A stretch of 64,000 bases of DNA from Spirochaetia bacterium (GCA_965243545.1 OZ251573.1:74510-138509); one strand, 5' to 3'; shown: positions 27,516 to 36,571, numbered from the stretch's first letter. Notes: generated by a model from the letters alone, not told the origin. Numbers and translations are program-made.

Positions 27516-28294
27516 AGGCCGGTCGGCAGGTCGATGAAGGTGGTGGCCAGCTCGGTGTGAGCGGCGACGTGCTCCATCATGGCGCGTACGCCCCACGTCT
27601 CCGTCGCGTAGTGGCCGGCGAAGACGACGTTGATGCCGGCCTCCAGCGCCTGGTGGTACACCTCGTGGGAGGCGTCGCCGGTGACGTACAGGTCGAGCCC
27701 GGCGGCGATCGCCTGATCGACGATGCGCGTGCCGCCGCCCGAAACCAGCCCCACGGTGCGGATGCGCTCGGCGCCGAACGGCAGCACCGCCGAGCACCGC
27801 TCCCGGCCGCCGAACGGGGCGGCCAGCAGCTCGTCGAGGGTGGCGCCTCCGGGGTAGCGCGCCGCCGGAACGCGGCCGGCCACGCCGATGTCGACGCCGT
27901 GGTAGCGGCCGAACGGCCGGCAATCGGTGAGCCCCAGCGCGGCGGCCATGCCGGCGTTGTTGCCGAGCTGCGGGTGCGCGTCGAGCGGCAGGTGCACGGC
28001 GTACAGGGCAAGGCCGTGTTCCAGCAGCGTGCGGATGCGCCGGAACAGGCCGCCGGTAATGGTGACCTGACCGCCCCAGAACAGGCCGTGGTGGGCGAAC
28101 AGCAGCTGCGCGCCCTGGTCGGCGGCGCGGCGCAGCACCTCCAGCCCGCTGTCGACCGCGAACGCCACGCGTTCGACGCGGGCGTCCTCCGCGCCCACCT
28201 GCAAGCCGTTCGGCGCCGAGTCGGCCGCGTCGGCCGGCTGCATCGGCGTGATGAGCGCGTCGCGGACGAATGCGTCGAAGTCGCTGATCAGCAA
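27512..28294 (-). CDS. Nif3-like dinuclear-metal-centre protein (YqfO/GTP cyclohydrolase 1 type 2 family)
   Basis: 260 aa with …LLFAHHGLFW…AVHLPLDAHP…VVFAGHYATE… (NIF3 motifs). Confidence 0.8.
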   Translation of the reverse strand: MLISDFDAFVRDALITPMQPADAADSAPNGLQVGAEDARVERVAFAVDSGLEVLRRAADQGAQLLFAHHGLFWGGQVTITGGLFRRIRTLLEHGLALYAVHLPLDAHPQLGNNAGMAAALGLTDCRPFGRYHGVDIGVAGRVPAARYPGGATLDELLAAPFGGRERCSAVLPFGAERIRTVGLVSGGGTRIVDQAIAAGLDLYVTGDASHEVYHQALEAGINVVFAGHYATETWGVRAMMEHVAAHTELATTFIDLPTGL

Positions 28295-28358
28295 GGGGCG
28301 GCAGTATAGCGGATGCGGCCGTTCCTCAACCGGCGCGCGCCGCTCATCCGCCGGTGAT

Positions 28359-28643
28359 TCAGACGCCGACCGGATCCTGCACGCGCTCGGCGACCCGGTC
28401 GATCACGGCGGCGGTGACGTAGCCCGGACTCTGCAGCTTGGCCTTGATCTCGGCGACCAGATCGGCCCGCACGTCAGGGCTGTTGTGAGCGATCTCCACC
28501 GCGGCGTAGAGGTCGCCTACCGACCGGGCTTCCGGCGAGAGGGTGACCGAGTCGGCGGCGTTCGAAGGCGGGGTTGGCGTAGTCCGGTCGATGCCCTTGA
28601 GACCGGAGACCGGATCGATTGAACCGAGGGGGTCGACGGCCAT
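28359..28643 (-). CDS. flgM: anti-sigma-28 factor FlgM-like protein
   Basis: 94 aa. The C-terminal half VRADLVAEIKAKLQSPGYVTAAVIDRVAERV matches the FlgM family helix (…I.…G.Y.VD..K.A…). ATG 28643 is preceded by GGAAGGAG. No other flagellar genes are present in the window. Confidence 0.6.
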   Translation of the reverse strand: MAVDPLGSIDPVSGLKGIDRTTPTPPSNAADSVTLSPEARSVGDLYAAVEIAHNSPDVRADLVAEIKAKLQSPGYVTAAVIDRVAERVQDPVGV

Positions 28644-28824
28644 TTTGAGTGCTCCTTCCCTCGCGCATGCCGATGAGCGGCAGCACGTGTTCTCGGACCT
28701 CCCCCTCCCCTGAGGCGCGCCGGCAACCATCAGGGGAGCCGACGCGCGCCACTCTGCCGGATGCGCGGGATGCCGTCAACCCCCGGTCGGACGGCGCTCG
28801 AACGGCGCTCCGGCGCCGGCCGGC

Positions 28825-29574
28825 TCAGCTGCGCCAGCCGCCGGCGACCTTGAGATTCTCTCCGGTGACGTAGGCGGCCTCCCGCCGCAGGAAGAACTCG
28901 ACCGCGCCGTTGAGGTCGGCGTACGTGCCGTAGCGGCCCTTGGGGATCGCCGCCGGTCCGCCAGGCGGTTTGCTGACCGAGTTCTCCATGATCCCCGGCG
29001 ACACCGCGTTGACGGTGACGTCGCAGCCGGCGGTCGCCGCCGCCAGGCTTTTGGTCAGGATCAGGACGCCGGTCTTGCCGACCATGTACGGCGCCAGCGT
29101 CGGTTGCGGGGACAGTTTGTCGGCGGCCGAGTCGGCGATGTTGACGATGCGCCCGTACCCGCGGCGGCGCATGTGCGGCAGCGCCGCCCGGCAGACCAGA
29201 AAGGCGGCGGTCACCGTGGTCCGTATGGCGTAGTCCCACTCGGCCGGCTCCACCCGTTCGATCGGCTTTACCTGAAAGGTTCCGACGTTGTTCACCAACA
29301 GGTCCAGGCGGCCGCTGCGGGCGACGATCCGCTCGATCAGCGCGTTCGCGCCGCCGGGCAGGGTGAGGTCGGCGCCTTCGGCGTAGCAGCCGGCCGCGTC
29401 CCCGCCCAACCGCTCCGCCAGCGCCCGCGCTTCGGCGGCGCCGGTGTGGTAGTGCACGGCCACCGCCGCGCCGCGGCCGGCCAGGTGGGCGGCGATGGCG
29501 GCGCCGGTGCGGCGGGCGGCGCCGGTCACCAGCGCCACTTGGCCGGCGAAGGGCAGGTCCGGGCCGCCGGTCAC
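28825..29574 (-). CDS. SDR-family oxidoreductase (short-chain dehydrogenase/reductase)
   Basis: ALVTGAARRTGAAIA (a TGxxxGxG variant) …NNVG… and Y-x3-K in LAPYMVGKTG. The GTG start at 29574 forms a GTGA overlap with the folK stop. The 133-codon upstream extension is a repeat artefact. Confidence 0.8.
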   Translation of the reverse strand: MTGGPDLPFAGQVALVTGAARRTGAAIAAHLAGRGAAVAVHYHTGAAEARALAERLGGDAAGCYAEGADLTLPGGANALIERIVARSGRLDLLVNNVGTFQVKPIERVEPAEWDYAIRTTVTAAFLVCRAALPHMRRRGYGRIVNIADSAADKLSPQPTLAPYMVGKTGVLILTKSLAAATAGCDVTVNAVSPGIMENSVSKPPGGPAAIPKGRYGTYADLNGAVEFFLRREAAYVTGENLKVAGGWRS

Positions 29575-30104
29575 GGCGTCACGCGGGCGACGATCTGCCG
29601 GTACCGGAGCCGGGGCCGCCACGCGGCGAGCGGCCGGCCGTCGGCCGGATGGGCAAGATCGGGCGCGACGTCGAGCAGCGGGACCAGCATGAAGTCGCGC
29701 TCGGTCAGACCGGGGTGCGGGATCGTCAGGCGATGGCCTCCGCCTGTCCCCGGATCGCCTGTCCCCGGATCGCCGGTCGCCGGATCGCCGATCACCAGGT
29801 CGCCGTACAGCAGGATGTCCAGGTCGATCGTGCGGGGGCCGTGGCGGACCGTGCGGGTGCGGCCGAGCGCCCGCTCGATCGCCTGCAGGTCGTCGAGGAG
29901 CGCGTGCGGAGCCGCGGCGGTGCGCACGGCGGCCACCAGGTTGAGGAACGGCGCTTGGTCTCTCACCCCCCACGGCCGGGTCAGATAGGTGGGCGACCTG
30001 CGGAGCAGATCGGCGGCGGCGCCAAGCCGCGCCAGGGCGCGCGCCAGGTTCGGGCGCGGGTCGATGTTCGATCCGCAGGCGATGAACGCGGTCACCGCGG
30101 TCAT
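29571..30104 (-). CDS. folK: 2-amino-4-hydroxy-6-hydroxymethyldihydropteridine pyrophosphokinase (HPPK) with an inserted Gly-Asp-Pro repeat loop
   Basis: MTAVTAFIACGSNI…RPWGPRTIDLDILLYG…TIPHPGLTERDFMLVPL. An insert IGDPATGDPGTGDPGTGGG is encoded by a tandem repeat at about 29738-29795. The ATG forms an ATGA overlap with the folB/folP stop. Confidence 0.85.
   Translation of the reverse strand: MTAVTAFIACGSNIDPRPNLARALARLGAAADLLRRSPTYLTRPWGVRDQAPFLNLVAAVRTAAAPHALLDDLQAIERALGRTRTVRHGPRTIDLDILLYGDLVIGDPATGDPGTGDPGTGGGHRLTIPHPGLTERDFMLVPLLDVAPDLAHPADGRPLAAWRPRLRYRQIVARVTP
29738..29795. repeat. about 15-bp tandem repeat (ctgtccccggatcgc-like, 3-4 copies) inside folK
   Basis: cgcctgtccccggatcgcctgtccccggatcgccggtcgccggatcgccgatcacc. 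It shares the ccggatcgcc core with the folB repeat. Confidence 0.7.
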
Positions 30105-31339
30105 CGGACCGCGTCCGCCGCGCCGCCCTGCGGCCGCACCGCGCGCAGCGCGGCGATCAGCTCCGGGTCGTGGGTCCGTATCCACGCCGGCCGCGCCGCC
30201 AGCAGCAGGTGGGACAGGATGATGCGGCTGGTGCGGCTCTCCTTGCGCGGGCAGTTGATCAGCACCGGGTAGCCGCGCTCCTGCAGCCGGCCGGCGGCGG
30301 CGATCGCCTGCATCTGCAGATCGACCTTGCGGTATTCGTCCAGGCCGGGATGGACGATGCCGGTATTGGGATCGACGTACAATTCCCCGGCCCCGGCGGC
30401 GCGGGCGGCGTCGGCGCGCGCCGCCAGGTCGGAGGTCATCCGTCCGGCGTCATGGGCGATCGGCGCGCTGCCCCGCATCCGCGCCGGATCGCCGTACGGC
30501 AGGTGGACCAGCGCCAGCGCCGCGCCGCACTCTCCGGCGCGGCGGCACACCTCGGCCGGGACCGGTTCGCCGGTGTAGTCGATCATCGCCGCGCCGGCGC
30601 CGAGCGCCCAGAGCGCGGTACCGGCGCTCCAGGTCTCCACGGCGGCGCGAAAGCCGCCGGCGGCAAGCTGCCGCAACGCCGGCCGCAACCGCTCGATCTC
30701 CTCGGCGCCGGTGATGTCCGGGGCGCCGGGCGACGGATTGGTCGACCGGGCGCCGAGCTCGATCAGCCCGCATCCTGCGCCGCGCAGGCGCTCGGCGCGT
30801 TCGACGATCCGTTCCGGGCCGGCCGCCACCGACTCGCTGACGCGCGACTCCGGCGACAGGTTGAGGACCCCCAGCAGCCGCGGCGGCGGACGCGGACGGC
30901 GGCGCACCACCTCCACCGCCGCGGCCTGCGCGTCGCGGAGCGCGGCCGGCTTGCGCACGCGCACCCGCGCCTCCCGGACGCCGGGGCGGCGCAGGCACAG
31001 CCCGGCCAGCGCCTCGGCCAGCGTCTCCAGCAGACGGTGCCGGCCGCGCCGCGCCTCGGCGGCAGCCGCATCGGCCAGATCGGCGTAGTCGATCGTGTCG
31101 GCCAGCCGGCCGCTCGCCGCCGCCGGCGCCAGATCGACCGCCATCGACAACGAGATCCTCACCTCCTGGGGCGACCGCCGTTCCCAGGGATGGACGCCGA
31201 CCACGCAGCTCACCCGCAGGTCGTCGATGGCGACCCGGTCGCCGCGCGATCCGGGATCGCCGATCCCGCCCGGATCGCCGATTCCGCAAGGATCGCCGAT
31301 CCCGCAAGGATCGCCGGTCCCGCAAGGATCGCCGGTCAC
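30101..31339 (-). CDS. folP: fused dihydroneopterin aldolase (FolB) - dihydropteroate synthase (FolP) with an N-terminal (GDPCGI)x5 hexapeptide repeat
   Basis: A single frame with no internal stop reads VTGDPCGTGDPCGIGDPCGIGDPGGIGDPGSRGDR, then VAIDDLRVSCVVGVHPWERRSPQEVRISLSMAVDL…TIDYADL (FolB), then LLGVLNLSPESRVSE…GLIELGARSTNPSPG…IDYTG…YVDPNTGIV…GYPVLINCPRKESRTSRI (the DHPS pterin-binding barrel). The proposed GTG start at 31339 forms a GTGA overlap with the folE stop. The six-frame ORF's ATG at 31666 lies inside folE. Confidence 0.7.
   Translation of the reverse strand: MTGDPCGTGDPCGIGDPCGIGDPGGIGDPGSRGDRVAIDDLRVSCVVGVHPWERRSPQEVRISLSMAVDLAPAAASGRLADTIDYADLADAAAAEARRGRHRLLETLAEALAGLCLRRPGVREARVRVRKPAALRDAQAAAVEVVRRRPRPPPRLLGVLNLSPESRVSESVAAGPERIVERAERLRGAGCGLIELGARSTNPSPGAPDITGAEEIERLRPALRQLAAGGFRAAVETWSAGTALWALGAGAAMIDYTGEPVPAEVCRRAGECGAALALVHLPYGDPARMRGSAPIAHDAGRMTSDLAARADAARAAGAGELYVDPNTGIVHPGLDEYRKVDLQMQAIAAAGRLQERGYPVLINCPRKESRTSRIILSHLLLAARPAWIRTHDPELIAALRAVRPQGGAADAVR
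31247..31335. repeat. 18-bp tandem repeat x5 (ggatcgccgatcccgcaa-like) encoding GDPCGI hexapeptides
   Basis: Read as ggatcgccgatcccgcccggatcgccgattccgcaaggatcgccgatcccgcaaggatcgccggtcccgcaaggatcgccggtcaccggatc. It is related to the ccggatcgcc repeat inside folK. Confidence 0.8.
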
Positions 31340-31902
31340 CGGATCAGGTCGAGGAACTCCGCGCGCGCGGCGCGGTCCGTGCGCACGGCGCCGAGCAGGC
31401 ACGAGGTGCGCATCACCGGGTTCTGCTTGCGCACCCCGCGCATCATCACGCACAGATGGCGCGCTTCGATCACCACGCCGACGCCGCGCGCGTCGAGCAG
31501 CTCCATCAGCGCGTTGGCGACCTGCGCGGTGAGCCGCTCCTGCGTCTGCAGCCGGTGCGCGTAGCCGTCGATCACGCGCGGAATGGCGGAGAAGCCGGCG
31601 ATCCGTTCGTTGGGGAGGTAGGCGACGTGGGCGTGGCCGAAGAACGGCAGCAGATGGTGCTCGCACAGCGAATGGAACTCGGTCCGCTTCACGGCGATCA
31701 TGCCGTTCGCTGCCGCGTCGTCGGACTCGGACGGAAACACCGCGCCGGCCAGCTCGGCGGCCGGGTCGAAGCCGTAGCCGGAGGTGAGGAACGCAAACGC
31801 CTCCGCGGCGCGCTCGGGCGTGCTCCGCAGGCCGCCGCGGGCCGGATCGTCGCCGGTTTCGGCCAACAGCGCGCGGTACAGCGGCGCGAGCGCGTCACCC
31901 AT
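31336..31902 (-). CDS. folE: GTP cyclohydrolase I
   Basis: …MIAVKRTEFHSLCEHHLLPFFGHAHVAYLPNERIAGFSAIPRVID…QERLT (canonical FolE motifs). Confidence 0.9.
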   Translation of the reverse strand: MGDALAPLYRALLAETGDDPARGGLRSTPERAAEAFAFLTSGYGFDPAAELAGAVFPSESDDAAANGMIAVKRTEFHSLCEHHLLPFFGHAHVAYLPNERIAGFSAIPRVIDGYAHRLQTQERLTAQVANALMELLDARGVGVVIEARHLCVMMRGVRKQNPVMRTSCLLGAVRTDRAARAEFLDLIR

Positions 31903-31968
31903 GAGACCCGCACTCTACGGACTGCGGGCGGGCCGGACAACCGCGGGCGGCCCGTGGTATGAATTGCC

Positions 31969-32922
31969 ATGCTCAAACGCCCCAAGATAGCCGTGATCGG
32001 CGCCGGCAACGTCGGCGCCACCTGCGCCCATTGGCTGGTCGCCCGCGAGCTCGGCGACGTGGTGCTGCTCGACATCCCCCAGGTCGCCTCGCAGACCCGC
32101 GGCAAGGCGCTCGACCTGTACCAGGCTACGCCGATCGAGCGGCTCGACTGCCGCGTCACCGGCACCGACGACTACGCGGAGCTGGCCGGTTCCGACATCG
32201 TGGTGCTCACCGCCGGCTCGCCGCGCCGGCCCGGCATGAGCCGCGACGACCTGATCAAGGTGAACGCCGGCATCGTCTCCGCGGTCGCGGCCCGGATACG
32301 CGAACGGGCGCCGGACAGCATCCTCATCGTCATGACCAATCCGCTCGACGCCATGGTGTACGCCGCCTGGAAGGCGAGCCGCTTTCCGCGCGAACGGATC
32401 GTCGGGCAGGCCGGCTGCCTGGACGTGGCGCGCTTCAAGACCTTCATCGCCGAAGAGACCGGCTACAGCGTGGAAGACATCAACGCGCTGCTGCTCGGCG
32501 GGCACGGCGACGACATGGTGCCGCTGCCGCGCTTCACCAACGTCGGCGGCATACCGGTGACCGAGCTGATGAGCGCCGAGCGGCTGGACCAGCTGGTGGA
32601 GCGCACCAAGACCGGCGGCGGCGAGATCGTCGAGCTGATGGGCACCAGCTCCTATTACGCGGCGGCGGCCGCCATCCTGCAGATGGTCGAGTCGATCGTC
32701 CGCGACAAGAAGCGCATCCTGCCGTGCGCGGCGCTCTGTCAGGGCGAGTACGGCGTGGACGGCATGTTCGTCGGCGTGCCGTGCGTGCTCGGCGCCGGCG
32801 GCGTGGAGCGGATCATCGAAGTGCGGCTCGACGCCGGGGAGCGGGCGGCGTTTGCGGCGTCGGCCGGCCACGTGCGCGAGCTGGTCGACGTGGTGCGCGG
32901 GCTGTTCCCGCAGCTCGCCTGA
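31969..32922 (+). CDS. mdh: malate dehydrogenase (LDH-like MDH family)
   Basis: [24 protein letters not shown]…LLDI…[18 protein letters not shown]…MTNPLD…GGHGD. Confidence 0.9.
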   Translation: MLKRPKIAVIGAGNVGATCAHWLVARELGDVVLLDIPQVASQTRGKALDLYQATPIERLDCRVTGTDDYAELAGSDIVVLTAGSPRRPGMSRDDLIKVNAGIVSAVAARIRERAPDSILIVMTNPLDAMVYAAWKASRFPRERIVGQAGCLDVARFKTFIAEETGYSVEDINALLLGGHGDDMVPLPRFTNVGGIPVTELMSAERLDQLVERTKTGGGEIVELMGTSSYYAAAAAILQMVESIVRDKKRILPCAALCQGEYGVDGMFVGVPCVLGAGGVERIIEVRLDAGERAAFAASAGHVRELVDVVRGLFPQLA

Positions 32923-32929
32923 GGCGGCC

Positions 32930-34345
32930 GTGGCTGACGTGCCGGGCGCCGCGGAGCGGTTCCGCGAAGAGACCGATTCGCTCGGCGCGGTGCGCGTGCC
33001 CGCCGGCCGCTACTGGGGAGCGCAGACGGAACGGTCGCGCAACAACTTCCGCATCGGCGGCGAGCGCATGCCGGTCGAGGTGGTGCGCGCCTTCGGCATC
33101 GTCAAGAAGGCGGCGGCGATCGCCAACGCCGAGATCGGCGTGCTTGGAGCGGAAACGCGTGACCTGATCGTGCGCGCCGCCGACCAGATCATCGCCGGCG
33201 AGCTCGACGACCACTTTCCGCTGGTCGTCTGGCAGACCGGCAGCGGCACGCAGTCGAACATGAACGCCAACGAGGTGATCGCCAACCGCGCCATCGAGCT
33301 GGCCGGCGGCGAGCTCGGCAGCAAGACGCCCGTCCACCCCAACGACGACGTCAACCGGTCGCAGTCGTCCAACGACACCTTTCCGACCGCCATGCACGTG
33401 GCCGCCGCGGCGGCGTTGCGCGGGCGCCTGCTGCCGGCCGCGGCGGCGCTGCAACAGGTGCTGGAGGCCAAGCGCGACGCGTTCGCGTCGATCGTCAAGA
33501 TCGGCCGCACGCATCTGATGGACGCCGTGCCGCTCACCCTGGGCCAGGAGTTCTCAGGCTACGCGGAACAGGTCTCGCGCGGCCGGCAGCGAGTCGAGCG
33601 CGCGCTGCCCGGACTGTACGAGCTGGCGCTGGGCGGCACCGCGGTCGGCACCGGGCTCAACGCGCCGCCGGGGTTTTCCGAGCGGGTGGCGGACCGGATC
33701 GCGCGGCTCACCGGCATCCCGTTCGTCACCGCTCCCAACAAGTTCGAGGCGCTGGCCGCGCACGACGCGATCGTGGAGACGTCCGGCGCGCTCAAGACGC
33801 TGGCGGCCGCGCTGATGAAGATCGCCAACGACATCCGCTGGCTCGGTTCGGGGCCGCGCTCCGGCCTGGGCGAGCTGCGGTTGCCGGAGAACGAGCCGGG
33901 CAGCTCGATCATGCCGGGCAAGGTCAACCCCACGCAGTGCGAGGCGCTCACCATGGTCTGCGCGCGCGTGTTCGGCAACGACACCGCCATCACTGTGGCC
34001 GGCGCGTCCGGCGCGCTGGAGCTCAACGTCTTCAAGCCGTTGCTGATCGACAGCCTGCTGCAGTCGACCCGGCTGCTGGCCGACGGGATGGCCAGCTTTA
34101 CCGAGCATTGCGTGGCCGGCATCGAACCGGACACCGGCCGGATCGCGGAGCTGGTGGGCCGGTCGCTCATGCTGGTGACAGCGCTCAATCCGCACATCGG
34201 CTACGACAAGGCGGCGGCCATCGCCAAGGCCGCCCACCGCGAAGGCGTCACGCTCCGCCAGGCGGCGATCCGTAGCGGCCACCTCACCGCCGACCAATAC
34301 GACCGATGGGTCCGCCCCGAACACATGGTGAGCGAGTCGCCGTAG
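32930..34345 (+). CDS. fumC: fumarate hydratase class II
   Basis: [20 protein letters not shown] (fumarate lyase signature), [23 protein letters not shown] 32930 is preceded by GAGG. Confidence 0.9.
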   Translation: MADVPGAAERFREETDSLGAVRVPAGRYWGAQTERSRNNFRIGGERMPVEVVRAFGIVKKAAAIANAEIGVLGAETRDLIVRAADQIIAGELDDHFPLVVWQTGSGTQSNMNANEVIANRAIELAGGELGSKTPVHPNDDVNRSQSSNDTFPTAMHVAAAAALRGRLLPAAAALQQVLEAKRDAFASIVKIGRTHLMDAVPLTLGQEFSGYAEQVSRGRQRVERALPGLYELALGGTAVGTGLNAPPGFSERVADRIARLTGIPFVTAPNKFEALAAHDAIVETSGALKTLAAALMKIANDIRWLGSGPRSGLGELRLPENEPGSSIMPGKVNPTQCEALTMVCARVFGNDTAITVAGASGALELNVFKPLLIDSLLQSTRLLADGMASFTEHCVAGIEPDTGRIAELVGRSLMLVTALNPHIGYDKAAAIAKAAHREGVTLRQAAIRSGHLTADQYDRWVRPEHMVSESP

Positions 34346-34364
34346 CCAGAAATATGGCCCGGTG

Positions 34365-34943
34365 TCACGGCGCCGATGAACGGGCGGGAGCTTGGATGCG
34401 TTGAGCGAGATGGTCGAAGTCTTCCCGGCACTTCTGGCGAATCGCGCGAACGTTGCTGGCGGCCTCTTCTCCCAGACGCATGCGCCCTTTGCCCGGACCG
34501 TCGGCGACGCCCCGCTGCCGCGCCAGCACGGCGAAGTAGCGCTCCTTCACGGACACCTCGGCCCGTATTTCCGACCAGCGCCAATTGGACGGCAGCTTCA
34601 GTCCTGCGAGCGTCCAGGTTTCGAGCTCCTCCCATGCGTTTTCGGCCAGGAACCGTCGCCGTTCGCTGCCGAACTCCGCTTCGATATGATCGAGTCGGTG
34701 ACGGCGCGATGTTTCACCATCCCGGTCCACGCACAGGATGAACAGGTCGATCATCCCTTCGTAATCGTCGACGATCTCCCGTAGACATTCGTATTTCAGC
34801 GCCTCGCGGACGCCGCCGAGCAACGGATCACTGCAGACTTCAATGTCCGCCCGGATGTTCAGAGATCGAAAGAGCCGGCGAAACAGAGGGCGCAGGAGAT
34901 ACTGATCGTTGCGGAAGTCTTCCGGGATGATGAGCACTCTCAT
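34365..34943 (-). CDS. DUF4276-like protein with TOPRIM-type E…DxD signature (putative nuclease partner of the adjacent ATPase)
   Basis: MRVLIIPEDFRNDQ (conserved Glu), then about 65 aa later LFILCVDRDGETS (DxD), the TOPRIM spacing. The ATG forms an ATGA overlap with the upstream ATPase stop. GC is lower than in flanking genes. Confidence 0.65.
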   Translation of the reverse strand: MRVLIIPEDFRNDQYLLRPLFRRLFRSLNIRADIEVCSDPLLGGVREALKYECLREIVDDYEGMIDLFILCVDRDGETSRRHRLDHIEAEFGSERRRFLAENAWEELETWTLAGLKLPSNWRWSEIRAEVSVKERYFAVLARQRGVADGPGKGRMRLGEEAASNVRAIRQKCREDFDHLAQRIQAPARSSAP

Positions 34944-36211
34944 GAATCACGCTCGCCGTCAGCGTCCGAGCTGAACAGGATTGCGTTTTCCATCCAGTTC
35001 GACCGGTGGAGCCTTCCCAGGCCACGTGACCGGCGCAGTCGGTCCGCGTTGGGCAAGTCGGCCAGCGGGCGCACCACGGCGTCATCGGCGTCCGGCAGGC
35101 GGCATACGGCCGAGGTGTGCTTGAACGTGCGGTCGCCGACGAGCTCCAGCAGATCGGGCGAGTGGGTGGTGGTGACCACTTGGACATGGCCTTTCTCGGT
35201 CTGGTTTTCGATCAGGTCGATCAGCAGCCGCTGCCGCGCCGGGTGAATCCCGTTGTCGATCTCCTCGAACACGTACAGGCCGACAGGCTTGGGGCCGAGT
35301 AGAGCGGCCAGCATCGCGAGCATCCGCAACGTGCCGTCGGAGGCGGCATAGGACGATACGATCCGTCCGTTCCTCTCACGCAGTGCGAGCTGGATTCGTC
35401 CGGTTGTCGGATCGGTCGGAAACTCGAAGTCTACGACGTCCATCGGCGTCAACTCCCGTGTCCAATCGGTCAACGTGCGCTTACGTTCCGGGTCTGCGCA
35501 CACCGCTTTCAGCACCGTCGGCAGGTTCTCGCCTCGGTCACCCAACACTTTCTGTCCGGGAAACGCAGGTCGGCGCATGTGGTCCGGCGACAGGTCCAGA
35601 AACCGCATGTTGGAAAACGTCGTCGCGGCCTGCTCGGCCAACATCTTCTGCTGCCGGATAACGTGCTTGTGTTCACCGATCTGGCTCAGCGCCGGCTGGT
35701 CCGGCCTCACGGCGATCCGATGTCCGAGTTTCTTCTGATTCGGGCTTCTGCCCATACGGAGTAGCAGGTGATTGTGGTCGTCCTGATCTCGGACCCGATC
35801 TCCGGCGTCCGGATGGCTCGTGTAGATCGGTTCATAGCCTTCGACGAGGAGGCTCTCGACTTGAACAGTGAACACGCCCGCGTCCTCGGCACGGATGGAG
35901 ACCCCATAGGCAACCGGCACGTCGTTCAATCTCATGGTGACAAGCATGCCGAACGACGGCTGGCCGAATCTTGCGATTTCGTTCGGTTTACCGCGGATTG
36001 GTTGCCACTCGACTTGACCGCCGGCGCCGTACTTGCCGCCGATAATGTCCGCAAGCGCATACCCGCGCCCGATGCCGTGCAGGAACCGGAATGCGTCGCG
36101 GAGATTGCTCTTGCCGCTAGCGTTTGCGCCTACGATCACGGTGAACGGCCCTATAGCCAGCGTTTCGCTCACGAAGTTCTTGAAGTTGACCAGCTTCAGG
36201 GAGGTGATCAT
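34940..36211 (-). CDS. OLD/RecF-like ABC-type ATPase (AAA_21/AAA_15 family) of a two-gene defence module
   Basis: MITSLKLVNFKNF…IVGANASGKSNLRDAF (Walker A) … SDGTLRMLAMLAAL (signature-like) … LYVFEEIDNGIHP (Walker B) … TTHSPDLL (H-loop). It is intact at 423 aa. ATG 36211 is in the same frame as a truncated ygjP-like remnant upstream. Confidence 0.75.
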   Translation of the reverse strand: MITSLKLVNFKNFVSETLAIGPFTVIVGANASGKSNLRDAFRFLHGIGRGYALADIIGGKYGAGGQVEWQPIRGKPNEIARFGQPSFGMLVTMRLNDVPVAYGVSIRAEDAGVFTVQVESLLVEGYEPIYTSHPDAGDRVRDQDDHNHLLLRMGRSPNQKKLGHRIAVRPDQPALSQIGEHKHVIRQQKMLAEQAATTFSNMRFLDLSPDHMRRPAFPGQKVLGDRGENLPTVLKAVCADPERKRTLTDWTRELTPMDVVDFEFPTDPTTGRIQLALRERNGRIVSSYAASDGTLRMLAMLAALLGPKPVGLYVFEEIDNGIHPARQRLLIDLIENQTEKGHVQVVTTTHSPDLLELVGDRTFKHTSAVCRLPDADDAVVRPLADLPNADRLRRSRGLGRLHRSNWMENAILFSSDADGERDS

Positions 36212-36571
36212 TCTGGCGTTACCATCCTTACCAGTCCAGGCCGGGCCGCGTTGGCGAAGATCTTCGCGGCGGCGTTCGTAGTCGGGGAGGACGCGGCCGA
36301 CGGCCTGCCAGTAGTCGCGGCCGTGGCCGGGGTGGCGCAGGTGCGCCAGCTCGTGGACCACGACGTAGTCGACCAGGCGCATGGGAGCCTGGATGATACG
36401 CCAGTTGAGGCGGATGGCGCCATTGCGGTCGCAGCTGCCCCACCGCTTCCGCTGATTGGCGATCACGACGCGCGGCATCGGGACGCCGGCCTTGGCGCGC
36501 CACGCCGCCACCCGTTCCGGCAAGCGCTCGGCGGCGCGCCGGCGGTACCAGGCGACCAGGGCGGCGCGCAC
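36212..36571 (-). pseudogene. YgjP/WLM-like zinc metallohydrolase (DUF45) remnant, N-terminally truncated and read-through-fused in frame to the ATPase ORF
   Basis: …RKRWGSCDRNGAIRLNWRIIQAPMRLVDYVVVHELAHLRHPGHGRDYWQAVGRVLPDYERR is the HExxH-containing C-terminal two-thirds of a DUF45 protein. The N-terminal 60 or so residues are absent and no stop codon precedes the ATPase start. Confidence 0.5.

Noticed and set aside
31340-31666. ATG at 31666 as start of folB/folP
   Set aside because: It lies 330 nt inside folE, and the extension is R/P/G low-complexity. The GTG at 31339, forming a GTGA overlap with the folE stop, is preferred.
36212-36571. Genuine DUF45-ATPase fusion protein
   Set aside because: The DUF45 part lacks its N-terminal third and has no start codon of its own. 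A deletion remnant is more parsimonious than a functional fusion.
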